From an uncultured Acidimicrobiaceae bacterium (GTDB lineage: Bacteria > Actinomycetota > Acidimicrobiia > Acidimicrobiales > Bog-793): a DNA stretch of 64,000 nt. The notes below the pieces were generated by a model, which saw only the letters and a list, made by a program, of their open reading frames with translations, did not search any database and was not told the origin of the DNA. The stretch spans positions 1,973,479-2,037,478 of the forward strand of contig CAWAVB010000001.1 in the NCBI GenBank assembly GCA_963785415.1, in the 5' to 3' direction. Below are positions 18,748 to 28,610 of this stretch, one piece after another; position 1 is the first letter of the stretch; the number at the start of each line of letters is the position of its first letter. Position numbers and translations under genes: made by a program.

Positions 18748-18916
18748 TGTAGCCATTTGTGTAGCCCAGCACTCAGACCCGATTGGACGCGAACAGACGT
18801 CCAGCGACACAGGCACCTGGTCAGAGCCGCGCCCTGGACTCTCATGGACGCCTGGATACCTATTCGATTTCTCTGGCAGTTAAGAGGTTCGGGGTGTGAG
18901 TTTCCCAGCATCTACC
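18748..18916 (+). repeat. Degenerate 127-bp direct repeat, copy 2, running into a decayed tRNA-Ala(GGC)-like 3' half
   Basis: 18748-18874 aligns to 5243-5369. It continues TGGCAGTTAAGAGGTTCGGGGTGTGAGTTTCCCAGCATCTACC, which resembles TGGCA..AGAGGTCAGGGGTTCGAGTCCCC.TAGCTCCACC. Confidence 0.75.
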
Positions 18917-18992
18917 GTGACGCAACTAGTCACCGACAGCATGGCTGGTCGCTAACGCTTCGACGTCGCTCTCCGCTATCAGGACCGAATCC

Positions 18993-19193
18993 CTAGGACT
19001 CCATCCATTCAGCGAACTCACTCCAAGTTGCCTTTTTCGCTCGTCTCGCGCTGCGGGGTTTCCAGTCGACGCCGCCCCGACTGAGGCGCGCAGCCCCAAG
19101 CAGCGTGTTCCCCTGTCGTACCTCGAAGATCACATCGACGTTTCCGATGGGTATCGGGTGTTCAATGCTGAGCTTGACGTTGTGTGTGGCCAT
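18993..19193 (-). CDS. Small hypothetical protein (66 aa)
   Basis: Globular, protein-like composition (alternating beta pattern, LSRGGVDWKP, TWSEFAEWME). No family recognised. Confidence 0.6.
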   Translation of the reverse strand: MATHNVKLSIEHPIPIGNVDVIFEVRQGNTLLGAARLSRGGVDWKPRSARRAKKATWSEFAEWMES

Positions 19194-19420
19194 GTACACA
19201 CGCTAGTCAGACCCTGGCCCCGACAAGAGTGGTCACCATTCCCGGGGCGGTTCATGGCGCTGCTTGTCGATGTTCGAGAGCTCGATGTCCGGCTACTGAT
19301 CCCGCTCTTGATAAAAGCCTCGGCAGTCCCAGTGCTTAAGCTCTCCTACCGCAGTCGCCGGCAAACGACGACACGCCTGACTCCCGGGCTCAGGGTGAAG
19401 TAGCCCGTGCACCCGCGACA

Positions 19421-20620
19421 TCAACCTTCGATCTCGAGCGCGGCAATTGCCAAGCGCTTTCCGACGTTGGTGCGTCCGTCGTAGTGGAGGCGCAGCGTCG
19501 ACTCGCTGTTACCAAGGATCTCCGCGACCGTACGGTACGACTGGCCGGCGTCGAGCATCGTCGTTGCCGCGAAGTGCCGCAGATGAAGCAGCGTGACGGA
19601 CGACGCTCCTCTGATCGACATCCATCGGTTGCTGAGCGACTCGGGGCGCGTGGGGATGTGGCTATCAAGGCCTCCAGGGAAGACATACTCGCTCGGACCG
19701 GGATCTGAGCCGCTAAGGGCGTGGCGCCTGTCAGATTGCCGAGCCAACGCAGCGGCAGCAGCGTTTGTGAGCGGCACGTCGCGCCAGTCTGATCGCTTGG
19801 TTGGCTTGCGGACCAGCCCCACACCGGGGCCACCATCGCTGATCGAAGCGGCGACGTGGACTTCATTTGCCTCTAGATCCACGTCTCGCCATCGGAGCCC
19901 AAGCAGCTCACCCTTCCGCATGCCGGTGCTTGCGAGCACGAGAGCCATATCCCCGAGTACGGGGTCGCGCTCTGCCGCACAGTCGATCAGGGCGTGCACC
20001 TCAACCGCTGTCGGGGCGAACGGCTTCGATCTCGTCGTGCGAGGTCTGGCGGCGTCCTTGCAGGGGTTCGAATCGATGAGGCCCCGCTTTCGGGCGAGTT
20101 CCAGTGACCGATTGAGCACCGTCGCGCATCGCCTGGTCCATTCGGTTCCACGACCGGAAGCACGAAAAGTTGCGTAGCACTTTTCAATGTCCTGCCAGGT
20201 GAGGCGCGACAAGCGGATGTCGCCGAACCGTCTGCCGTCAGTTAACACGGCTTCCGCCATCGTCCGAGTCGCCGAACGAGTTGTGACGAGGGTCTTGGGT
20301 GCAAGCTCAATAACCCCCGATTCGACAGTGCGGAGGTAGAGCGTGAAGGCGGCCTGGACCGACCTGGCGTTTGTGGCGTTCGGTAGTCGCCGCTCGTGAT
20401 CTGCGACCTTTAGTCGGGCAAGCGCCACCTCGGCGTCTTCGCGCGTCCCATGCACCCGCCGGGACACTCGCCGACGGCGCCCGCTAACCGGATCGCGGCG
20501 AATTTCGACGTCGACTCGCCACACATCCCTAGCAAGGGGGATTACGCCTCCACTACCGCGTTTCCGACGGCGATCGCCCTTTGGCGCGGACCGGCTTAGG
20601 GAAGTAGATCGGCTGGTCAC
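19421..20620 (-). CDS. Tyrosine recombinase/integrase
   Basis: Arm-binding N-terminus (RGSGG...WRV...DPVSGRRR), box I STGMRKGELLGLRWRDVDL, box II LRHFAATTMLDAG...ILGN...HY. Start uncertain. Confidence 0.93.
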   Translation of the reverse strand: MTSRSTSLSRSAPKGDRRRKRGSGGVIPLARDVWRVDVEIRRDPVSGRRRRVSRRVHGTREDAEVALARLKVADHERRLPNATNARSVQAAFTLYLRTVESGVIELAPKTLVTTRSATRTMAEAVLTDGRRFGDIRLSRLTWQDIEKCYATFRASGRGTEWTRRCATVLNRSLELARKRGLIDSNPCKDAARPRTTRSKPFAPTAVEVHALIDCAAERDPVLGDMALVLASTGMRKGELLGLRWRDVDLEANEVHVAASISDGGPGVGLVRKPTKRSDWRDVPLTNAAAAALARQSDRRHALSGSDPGPSEYVFPGGLDSHIPTRPESLSNRWMSIRGASSVTLLHLRHFAATTMLDAGQSYRTVAEILGNSESTLRLHYDGRTNVGKRLAIAALEIEG

Positions 20621-20710
20621 GGGTGAGATAGTAGACCAAATCAGTAGACCGAGGCACAATCCGCATTGGAGGAACTACGTCATTCTCGCCTCTCACCAGG
20701 ACTACTTGAG

Positions 20711-20783
20711 AGCGGACGACGGGACTCGAACCCGCGACCCTCACCTTGGCAAGGTGATGCTCTACCAACTGAGCCACGTCCGC
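20711..20783 (-). tRNA. tRNA-Gly(GCC)
   Basis: GCGGACGTGGCTCAGTTGGTAGAGCATCACCTTGCCAAGGTGAGGGTCGCGGGTTCGAGTCCCGTCGTCCGCT forms a complete cloverleaf. CCA is not encoded. Confidence 0.98.
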
Positions 20784-20854
20784 ATGCGCGTCATGATACC
20801 CAGCGATTGCGTGCGACGCGCGGCCGGGCGGTGCGCCCGACGTGGTTGCCGGGC

Positions 20855-21292
20855 TCAGCGACCCGAGTGTCCGAAGCCGCCCTCACCCCGTTCGCTTTCC
20901 GGGAGCATCTCGGCGCCGAGAAAGCGGGCGGCCTCGACGGCGACGATCACGAGCTGCGCGATCCGGTCGCCGCGGTGCACCGTGTAGGGCTCGCGCGGGT
21001 CGGTATTGACGAGGACGACCTGCACCTCCCCGCGATAACCGGAGTCGATGAGCCCTGGGGCGTTGAGGCACGTGACGCCGTGCCGGATGGCAAGCCCGCT
21101 GCGGGCGAGCACCAAACCGGCGTACCCCTCGGGGATGGCGATCGCGTCGCCGGTCGGAACGAGCGCCCGGCCGCCGGCCGGCTCGAGGAGGACGTCACGA
21201 GTGGCGACGAGATCCGCCCCCGCGTCGCCGGGGTGCGCGTAGGCGGGCGGGACTGCCCCTGATTCGAGGGTCGTGAAAGGTATGTCGAGCAT
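20855..21292 (-). CDS. dut: dUTP diphosphatase
   Basis: AGADL, ARSGLA, GLIDSGYRGE, DRIAQL, RGEGGFGHSG. Confidence 0.97.
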   Translation of the reverse strand: MLDIPFTTLESGAVPPAYAHPGDAGADLVATRDVLLEPAGGRALVPTGDAIAIPEGYAGLVLARSGLAIRHGVTCLNAPGLIDSGYRGEVQVVLVNTDPREPYTVHRGDRIAQLVIVAVEAARFLGAEMLPESERGEGGFGHSGR

Positions 21293-21359
21293 CGCGGCAG
21301 GGTAGCGTCCCTCCGGCGCGGGCGACGGAGGAGGACGGGCCCGAACTACCATCCACGCC

Positions 21360-21920
21360 GTGCTGGTCTGGATGGATCTCGAGATGACCGGGCTCGATCC
21401 GTCACGGCACGTGATCGTCGAGATCGCGACGCTCGTCACGGACGACGAACTGGGAATTGTCGCCGAAGGGCCCGATCTTGTCATCGCGGCTTCGCCCGAT
21501 GAACTCGGGCAGATGGACGACGTCGTGCGGACGATGCACACCGCATCGGGGTTGCTTACCGCCATCGAGTCGTCGACCATGACCTTGGCCGACGCCGGTG
21601 CCGCGACGCTCGCTTTCATCAAGAGCCACGCCCCGGAGCCAAGACGGGTGCCGCTGTGCGGGAACTCGATCGGGGTCGACCGTCGATTTCTCAGCCGGCA
21701 CCTGCCGGAGATCGAGGAGTACCTCCATTATCGGTCGATCGACGTCTCGACGGTGAAAGAGCTCTGCAAGCGTTGGTATCCGTCGCTTTACGGTCATGCG
21801 CCGAAGAAAGAGGGAACCCACCGCGCCCTTGACGACATCCGGGAGAGCGTTGCCGAGCTCAGGTACTACCGGGACAACTTCTTCAGGCTTCCTGACACGA
21901 CACAACGGGACGACAAGTAG
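21360..21920 (+). CDS. orn: Oligoribonuclease
   Basis: LVWMDLEMTGLD, MHTASGL, GNSIGVDRRFL, HYRSIDVST, HRALDDIRES. Confidence 0.97.
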   Translation: MLVWMDLEMTGLDPSRHVIVEIATLVTDDELGIVAEGPDLVIAASPDELGQMDDVVRTMHTASGLLTAIESSTMTLADAGAATLAFIKSHAPEPRRVPLCGNSIGVDRRFLSRHLPEIEEYLHYRSIDVSTVKELCKRWYPSLYGHAPKKEGTHRALDDIRESVAELRYYRDNFFRLPDTTQRDDK

Positions 21921-22051
21921 GGCTATCGGTGGGTCGCGGCTCGGGGAATACGCGTCATTTCGAATGACGCGGCTGTGTCATGCACCTCACCACATGTGAG
22001 AGGAAACTCACGGAAGGACGATTCCCCAGTCCACAAGGTGAGTGATCCACC

Positions 22052-22858
22052 ATGCAAAATGTTGTCGAGGTAGAGGCGCCCGAAGAGGGCAGGCGCGCAG
22101 TAGCGGATTTGCTGCTGGACGATGTCGAATACGTGAACGCGGCGCCCGAGCGTGAGATCATCGGATTTGTGGAACCTTCTGGCGAAGCGAACCCCCAGAA
22201 GGCCGTGGGGGAGCGAATCCGGGTCGGCATCGTCGACGACCACGCCATGGTTGCCGAGGGTCTCGGCGTTCTTCTCCGCGAGCAGCGTGATCTCGAGATT
22301 GTTGGCATCGCCGCGACGGTCGCCGAGGCGATCGAGCTCGTGGATCGGCGGCACCCCCACGTTCTGCTCCTCGACTACCGGCTCCCGGACGGGGACGGCG
22401 CGACGGCGGCGACGGAGATCCTGCGACGCTGGCCGTCGACGAAGGTCGTCATGCTGTCGGCCGCCGGCGGGGACGAGCTTCTCGCCCGGTCGATCGAAGC
22501 GGGCTGTTCGGGATTCCTGCCCAAGGACCGCAGCGGCCAGGAGGTCGTCAGTGCCGTCCGGGCCGCCTATCGCGGCGAGTCGCTGATCCCGACGACCGTG
22601 CTCGTCGGGCTGCTCGATCGCCTGCGGCGGGCACCTCAGGGCAAGGCCGGAGACCTCACGCAGCGGGAGTTCGAGGTGCTGCGCCTGCTCGCCAAGGGAA
22701 TGTCGACCGAGGGGATCAGCTCGCTGTTGTTCCTTTCGGAACACACGGTGCGCAACCACGTGCGCAACATCCTCGCGAAGCTCGGCGCCCACTCGAAGTT
22801 GGAAGCCGTGGCCGTAGCCGCGCGAGACGGCATCATCACGCTCGAAGACCGGAGGTAG
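22052..22858 (+). CDS. NarL/LuxR-family response regulator
   Basis: Receiver domain (IVDDH, LLDYRLP) plus LuxR HTH (LTQREFEVL...TVRNHVRNI). Confidence 0.92.
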   Translation: MQNVVEVEAPEEGRRAVADLLLDDVEYVNAAPEREIIGFVEPSGEANPQKAVGERIRVGIVDDHAMVAEGLGVLLREQRDLEIVGIAATVAEAIELVDRRHPHVLLLDYRLPDGDGATAATEILRRWPSTKVVMLSAAGGDELLARSIEAGCSGFLPKDRSGQEVVSAVRAAYRGESLIPTTVLVGLLDRLRRAPQGKAGDLTQREFEVLRLLAKGMSTEGISSLLFLSEHTVRNHVRNILAKLGAHSKLEAVAVAARDGIITLEDRR

Positions 22859-22859
22859 C

Positions 22860-23273
22860 GTGTCCCGCTCGTCCGAGCGGCGCATCACGGTCGTGCTCGC
22901 CGATGACCAAGACGCGATCATCGACGCGCTTCGGCGGCTCTTCGCCGAACAACCGGACATCGAACTCGTGGGCGCGGGGCGCAATGCCGAAGAGGCTCTC
23001 AAGCTGTGCATGGAGCACGAGCCCGACGTCGCGGTGCTCGACGTGCGCATGCCGCAGGGCGGTGGCGCCGTCGCCGCGGTCGAGATCAAGAGTCGTGGGC
23101 TAAGAACTCGCGTCGTCGCGTTGTCAGCGTTCGACGACAACGCGACACGCGATCATATGATGACGTCCGGGGCCGTCTCCTACGTCCTGAAGGACCGTCC
23201 GGTGACCGAACTGCTCAAGGCGATCCGGGACGCCGCGGGGAGCGCGTCTCAGGGCGAGGGCGTCGCCAGCTAG
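22860..23273 (+). CDS. Single-domain response regulator
   Basis: LADDQ, VLDVRMP, LSA, YVLK. No output domain. Confidence 0.9.
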   Translation: MSRSSERRITVVLADDQDAIIDALRRLFAEQPDIELVGAGRNAEEALKLCMEHEPDVAVLDVRMPQGGGAVAAVEIKSRGLRTRVVALSAFDDNATRDHMMTSGAVSYVLKDRPVTELLKAIRDAAGSASQGEGVAS

Positions 23274-24829
23274 TCGGCGGCGCGCGGGATCCAGACCCGG
23301 ACCGTCGTTCCGGCGCCGGGCGTCGAGGAGATCTCGAAGTTCCCTCCGGCCCGCTCTGCCCGTTCCCTCATCGACGCCACGCCAAGGTGCCCGGGGACGA
23401 TCTGGGCCGCGTTGTCCATCCCGATGCCGTCGTCGGCCACGGTGAGCGCGATGCCGCCTTGGCTTTCGAGCACGCTGACCGTGACGTTGCGCGCGTCGGC
23501 GTGCTTGCGCGAGTTCGTGAGTGCCTCGGCCGTGATGCGGAAAAGGGTGATCGCCTCGTCCGGAGTGGGTTCTTTCTCGAGTGTGCTGTCGAAACGAACC
23601 TGCGGCCCCCCCGCGGCCTCGTAGCGGCGGATGAACTCGGTCAGGGACTCGGTGAGTCCGCCGAGATGGAGGGCAGGCGGGTGGAGCTCGAACAGGAGTG
23701 TGCGCATCTGCTCGATCGACAACGCGATGGCCTTTTTCAGGTCGTCGACGACGCTGAGGGCGCTCTCGTCCTTCAGCCGGCCCTCGAGGATCTGCAGTTG
23801 GATCGAGAGTGCGATGAGGGTCTGCAGCGGATCGTCGTGGACCTCGTCGGCGATGCGCCGGCGCTCGTTCTCCTGAGCCCGCAGCAACAGCTGAGCCAGT
23901 CCGGCGCGCTGCTCGTCGAGTCGTCGTTGCTCCGAGACGTCCTGCGCGAGCGCGAGGACGAAGCGGGGACCACCGCGCTCGGGCACGACGGCCGCCGCCG
24001 TCACGATGGCATGCACGGTCTCGCCGTCCGAACGCCGATACCTGGTCTCGAAGACCGCCGACGTCGTTTTCCCGGAAAGGAGCGTGCCGAACGCGGCACC
24101 CGCCTTCTCGACGTCGTCGGGGAAGACGAGCTCGTCGAGGTGCCTTCCGACGACGTCGTGTCGGGGCCGGCCGAGCATGCCCGCGAGGGCGGCGTTCGCC
24201 GCCCGGTAGGTGCCATCGGGCCCGACGACCGCGAGGCCGATCGAGAGCTCGTTGGAGACCTCGCCGAGTGCGCCGACGCGAGCGCGGAGTCGTTCGCGCA
24301 GGGCGTACACGGCCCCGCCGAGCACGGCGACCACCGCCGCGGTGACGATCCACTCCCGGGCCGGGAGCGACGCGTCGGGATGGGCGAACCGTCCGGTCGC
24401 CCCGAAGATCACGCCCGGGACGGCCGCGGCGTAGACGGCCTCGGCGAGAGCGACGGGGGCGGGCAACACGGCGAACGCGGTCGGGCCGAACAAGCACAGC
24501 AGGGCGAGGGCGCTTCCCGCCGGGAGAAGGTAGAGATCGGCGCCGATCCATGACGTCCCCAGGGCGGCCAGGCCGACGAGCGCGCCCGATCCGAGCGATG
24601 GGTTCGTGCGGACGAGGATCGCGCCAAGTCCGGCGGCGACGATGCCGGAGATGAGAATCGCGAGACGGCCGTCGTTCCCGAGACCAGGCAGCGCGGCGAG
24701 CACGAGCGTCACGAGCGCCCCGAAGGCGTAGAGCGCGCCGACGAACCGCCCGGACCCAGGTGACCCCGGATCGTCGCCCAACCCGACCGCCGAGGTCAGC
24801 CAGTTCCCCTGGCGACGGATCGAACTCAT
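23270..24829 (-). CDS. Membrane PAS-domain sensor histidine kinase (HisKA_3)
   Basis: TM region, PAS/PAC, ERRRIADEVHDD, EALTNSRKH, DDGIG, GHLGVASMRER. Confidence 0.92.
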   Translation of the reverse strand: MSSIRRQGNWLTSAVGLGDDPGSPGSGRFVGALYAFGALVTLVLAALPGLGNDGRLAILISGIVAAGLGAILVRTNPSLGSGALVGLAALGTSWIGADLYLLPAGSALALLCLFGPTAFAVLPAPVALAEAVYAAAVPGVIFGATGRFAHPDASLPAREWIVTAAVVAVLGGAVYALRERLRARVGALGEVSNELSIGLAVVGPDGTYRAANAALAGMLGRPRHDVVGRHLDELVFPDDVEKAGAAFGTLLSGKTTSAVFETRYRRSDGETVHAIVTAAAVVPERGGPRFVLALAQDVSEQRRLDEQRAGLAQLLLRAQENERRRIADEVHDDPLQTLIALSIQLQILEGRLKDESALSVVDDLKKAIALSIEQMRTLLFELHPPALHLGGLTESLTEFIRRYEAAGGPQVRFDSTLEKEPTPDEAITLFRITAEALTNSRKHADARNVTVSVLESQGGIALTVADDGIGMDNAAQIVPGHLGVASMRERAERAGGNFEISSTPGAGTTVRVWIPRAAD

Positions 24830-25086
24830 CGGTCAGATCCCGACCGATCCGTCAAGCGCTCGTTGATCGAGGACGCCATCGCCGGGCCTCGGTAAGAAAA
24901 ACGCATGCTGCTCCGTGAAAAGACCCTACCGTCTCGCGGTACGCCGACCCGGGACAATCGTCGGCGACCAGGCGGTCGTGCCGGGGACGCCGACCGGTCC
25001 GCGGCCCGTTGGCGGGGACCTGTGACACTTGTTCCGCGTACGAGGGCGCGTCAGCATCCAGCCCGAGCATCGTGAGGAGGTCGAAG

Positions 25087-27843
25087 GTGAGCGTTTCTGA
25101 CCGTGGCGCGTCCGCGCCCGGCGCGCCGAGCGGGTATCCGGCCTCCTGGGAGGGCGACTCCCTTCTGGTCGACGGCAGGGGGGTTCATCTCCGTCCGATC
25201 CTGCCGGACGACGCGGAACGACTCGCGCTCTTCCACCGTTCCTTGACAGCCGGGAGCTCCCGCGTGCGCCTCTTCGGCACAAAGGAACGCCCCACCGCGT
25301 CCGACTTCACGAAGCTCGCCCACGTCGATTACGTCGACACGATGGCGCTCGTTGCATCGGTCGGTGATCAGATCATCGGCGTCGCGCGCTATATCCGTCT
25401 CGCGAGAAGCGAGGAGGCCGACGTCTCGTTCGTCGTTGCCGACGAGTACCAAGGCAAGGGCGTGGGGACGCTCCTTTTGGAGAGCCTTGCCTGTTATGCG
25501 TGGGAGAAGGGGATCAGTGCGTTCCTCGCCGACACCCTGCCCGAGAACTCGGTCATGCTCGGCGTGTTCGAGGACGCGGGGATGAGCGAGGCGAGCATGC
25601 TCGTCGAAGGGGTCGTCCGGGTGCGGTTAGACCTCACGCCGACCGCGTCGTACTTCGAGCGCCGGGAGGAGCGCGAGCGCGTCGCGACAGCGGCGAGTGT
25701 TGCCTCCTTCCTGCGCCCTGCCTCCATCGCGGTGATCGGAGCTGGCCGACGTCCCGGCGGGATCGGCCACGAGATCGTCCGGTCGCTCCTCGCCGGCGAC
25801 TTTGCCGGGATCGTCTATCCGGTGAACCCACAGGCCCGCTCGGTCTGCGGCGTTCGCGCCTATGCCTCAGTCGGCGAACTTCCGCCGCCCGTCGACCTCG
25901 GCGTTGTTGCCGTGCCGCCGTCCGGAGTCCTCAACGTCGTCGAGGAGTCTGCCGCCGCAGGGCTGCGTTCCCTCGTCATCATCACGTCGGGTTTCGGCGA
26001 GACGGGCCCCGACGGCGCTTCGCTGGAGAACGCCCTCCTCGACGTCGCCCGACACGCCGGCATGCGGATCGTGGGGCCGAACTGCCTCGGCGTGAGCAGT
26101 ACCGATCCGGAAGTTCGCTGTAACGCGACCTTCTCGCCCGTCCCCCCGGTGCGCGGGCGGGTCGGGCTCTACTCCCAGTCAGGCGCGGTGGGCATCGTGA
26201 TGCTCGAGGAGTCGTCGAGAGCCGGGATCGGTGTCTCGAACTTCGTCTCGGTGGGCAACAAGATCGACATCAGCGGCAACGACCTTTTGTGCTTCTGGGA
26301 GGACGATCCCGCTACCGAGGTGATCGCGCTCTACCTCGAATCGTTCGGCAATCCGAGGAAGTTCCTCCGGATCGCGCGCCGCGTCGCCCGCAAGAAGCCG
26401 ATCGTCGCCCTGAAAGCGGGGAGGACCGTTGCCGGCGTGCGCGGCGCCCGGTCGCACACCGCCGCCGCGGCGACGCCGACGGTGGCGTCGGACGCCCTGC
26501 TCTCGGCCGCCGGCGTGATCGCTGTCGGGGGACTCGACGAGCTCCTCGACGTCGTCGCGCTCCTCGGCGCGGCTCCGCTGCCAAAGGGTCGGCGGGTCGC
26601 CCTCGTCGGCAACTCGGGCGGACCTCTCATCTTGACGGCGGATGCTTGCACGGCGACCGGCCTCGTCGTACCCGAGCTGAGCGAGGTGACTCAGCAGATC
26701 CTGCGCGAGTCACTGAACCCGGCGAGCGCCGTCGCCAATCCCGTCGACACGACGGCGGGAGGAGGGGAAGCAGACCTCAGGACCGGGTTGCGCGTCGCCC
26801 TCGCCGCCGACGAGATCGATGCGGCGATCGCCGTCGTGACGCCGCTCATCTCAATGACGCGGCAGCAGGCGCTTGACACGATCGACCTCGTCGCGCGTGA
26901 CAGCGCAAAGCCGATCATCGCTTGCGTTTTCGGTGAGCCGGTCCCGTCCGAAATCGACCGGATGGCCGCGGCCCGCTTCACCGTCGTGCCGTCGCCGGAT
27001 CGGGCGGCCGCGGCGATGGAACGTGCCGCCTCCTACGCCGAGTGGCGGTCACGACCGGAGTCAAGCCCCGCCGAAGCCCCCGGCGTTGACCTCGCCGCGG
27101 CGCGCTCGATCGTTACCGACTTCCTGGCGAGGAACCCGGAAGGCGGCTGGCTCGACGTCGGAAGCGTGATGGGCGTCCTCAGGTCGTTCGGCATCGCGTT
27201 CGCCGAGACGGTCGCCGTCCGGACGCTCGAGGAAGCAATCGGAGCCGCCCGAGAGATGGGCTACCCGGTCGCGCTGAAGGCCGAGGGCACCACCATCGTC
27301 CACAAGACCGAGGCTGGCGGGGTCGCGCTCGGGCTTGGCTCCGACGACGCCCTCACCGCGGCCTACAAGACGATGGCGGATCGCCTCGGCGTCCAGCTTG
27401 AGGGTGTCGCCGTCCAGCCGATGATCCCCGCCGGAGTCGAGACGACCGTCGGGTTGTCGGTCGACCCTGCGTTCGGCCCGCTGTTGATGTTCGGTCTCGG
27501 GGGCGTCGTCACCGAGCTGCTCGGCGACCACGAGTTCACGGTGCCACCCCTTTCCGAGGACGATGCCTCGCGGCTTGTCGAGGCAATCCATGGAGCGCCG
27601 CTTCTCCACGGTTACCGGGGATCCGCGCCGGTGGCGATCGACCGGCTGAAAGACGTCATCATCCGGGTGAGCTGCATCGCCGAAGGGATGCCGGAAGTGG
27701 TCGAGCTCGATCTCAATCCGGTGTTCGCCACGCCGACCGAGGCGATCGCCGTCGACTGCCGGGTGCGCGTCGCCCCGCGGCCACTCGGCCCGGAAGCGTA
27801 TCTGCGGATCCTGCGGCGGCGTCCCGTCCAGCCGGCGGCCTGA
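25087..27843 (+). CDS. GNAT + NDP-forming acyl-CoA synthetase-like protein (Pat-type lysine acetyltransferase)
   Basis: N-terminal GNAT (YQGKGVGT), CoA-binding GPNCLG, SQSGA, SVGNKID, YLESFGNPRKF, C-terminal ATP-grasp (HKTEAGGV, LDLNP). RBS GAGGAGG before GTG 25087. Confidence 0.9.
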   Translation: MSVSDRGASAPGAPSGYPASWEGDSLLVDGRGVHLRPILPDDAERLALFHRSLTAGSSRVRLFGTKERPTASDFTKLAHVDYVDTMALVASVGDQIIGVARYIRLARSEEADVSFVVADEYQGKGVGTLLLESLACYAWEKGISAFLADTLPENSVMLGVFEDAGMSEASMLVEGVVRVRLDLTPTASYFERREERERVATAASVASFLRPASIAVIGAGRRPGGIGHEIVRSLLAGDFAGIVYPVNPQARSVCGVRAYASVGELPPPVDLGVVAVPPSGVLNVVEESAAAGLRSLVIITSGFGETGPDGASLENALLDVARHAGMRIVGPNCLGVSSTDPEVRCNATFSPVPPVRGRVGLYSQSGAVGIVMLEESSRAGIGVSNFVSVGNKIDISGNDLLCFWEDDPATEVIALYLESFGNPRKFLRIARRVARKKPIVALKAGRTVAGVRGARSHTAAAATPTVASDALLSAAGVIAVGGLDELLDVVALLGAAPLPKGRRVALVGNSGGPLILTADACTATGLVVPELSEVTQQILRESLNPASAVANPVDTTAGGGEADLRTGLRVALAADEIDAAIAVVTPLISMTRQQALDTIDLVARDSAKPIIACVFGEPVPSEIDRMAAARFTVVPSPDRAAAAMERAASYAEWRSRPESSPAEAPGVDLAAARSIVTDFLARNPEGGWLDVGSVMGVLRSFGIAFAETVAVRTLEEAIGAAREMGYPVALKAEGTTIVHKTEAGGVALGLGSDDALTAAYKTMADRLGVQLEGVAVQPMIPAGVETTVGLSVDPAFGPLLMFGLGGVVTELLGDHEFTVPPLSEDDASRLVEAIHGAPLLHGYRGSAPVAIDRLKDVIIRVSCIAEGMPEVVELDLNPVFATPTEAIAVDCRVRVAPRPLGPEAYLRILRRRPVQPAA

Positions 27844-27947
27844 CCTGCTGGTTCTCGGATCGGGACCGCCGGTGGGCACTGGCTTGTGTCCGGCGGATCC
27901 TCCGTTCGGCCGCGCCTTCGGCACGCCGATCGTCGTAGCCTCGCGAC

Positions 27948-28610
27948 ATGGCGTTGTTCGCGTCCCGCAAACAGGAGCTGGTCGACCCGGCGCGCGCGCT
28001 TCCGGGCCGCGGGCAACCGATTCTCTCCCCGGGAATCCACGAGGTCCTCAAGACCCAGATCGGTGAGCCGTTCCCGTCGGGGATGGAGCGCGCCATTTTC
28101 GGGATGGGGTGCTTCTGGGGTGCCGAACGGGTCTTCTGGCAGACCGTGGGCGTCTACACGACGGCAGTCGGCTACGCCGGCGGCTTCACCCCGAACCCCA
28201 CCTACGAGGAGGTCTGCTCGGGCAGGACTGGCCATGCCGAGGTCGTGCTCGTCGTGTTCGACCCCGAACGCACCGGATACGGGGCACTCCTGCGACGTTT
28301 CTTCGAGGGCCACGACCCGACGCAGCACATGCGCCAGGGGAACGACGTGGGAACCCAGTACCGGTCGGCGATCTACACGTTCTCGGAGGCACAGCACCGC
28401 GAGGCCATCGTGGCACGGGACCGCTATGCCGAGGTGCTCGCCGCTGCCGGGTTCGGCGCGCCCGCGACGGAGATTGCCGCGGCGGGGCCCTTCTACTACG
28501 CCGAGGAGTACCACCAGCAGTACCTGGCGAAGAATCCGGGTGGTTATTGCGGCCTGGGCGGTACCGGCGTCTCCTGCCCGGTCGGGGTCCTCGGCGACGG
28601 CCAGCCCTGA
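27948..28610 (+). CDS. msrA: Peptide methionine sulfoxide reductase A
   Basis: [37 protein letters not shown]. Confidence 0.97.
   Translation: MALFASRKQELVDPARALPGRGQPILSPGIHEVLKTQIGEPFPSGMERAIFGMGCFWGAERVFWQTVGVYTTAVGYAGGFTPNPTYEEVCSGRTGHAEVVLVVFDPERTGYGALLRRFFEGHDPTQHMRQGNDVGTQYRSAIYTFSEAQHREAIVARDRYAEVLAAAGFGAPATEIAAAGPFYYAEEYHQQYLAKNPGGYCGLGGTGVSCPVGVLGDGQP

Larger units (their letters stand above)
1..20710. mobile_element. Genomic island integrated at tRNA-Gly(GCC); left boundary outside the window
   Basis: Tyrosine integrase (19421-20620) lies next to the tRNA 3' end. The cargo includes an IS256, an IS3 remnant, pseudogenes, att-like repeats and accessory genes. Housekeeping genes (dut, orn) resume beyond the tRNA. 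I found no duplicated tRNA-Gly 3' end in the window. Confidence 0.8.

Noticed and set aside
18872-18916. Possible tRNA-Ala gene
   Set aside because: Only a decayed 3' half with a broken T-loop; treated as an att relic.
20553-21262. ORFs 20553-20777 and 20666-21262
   Set aside because: Translations across the tRNA-Gly gene and antisense to dut.
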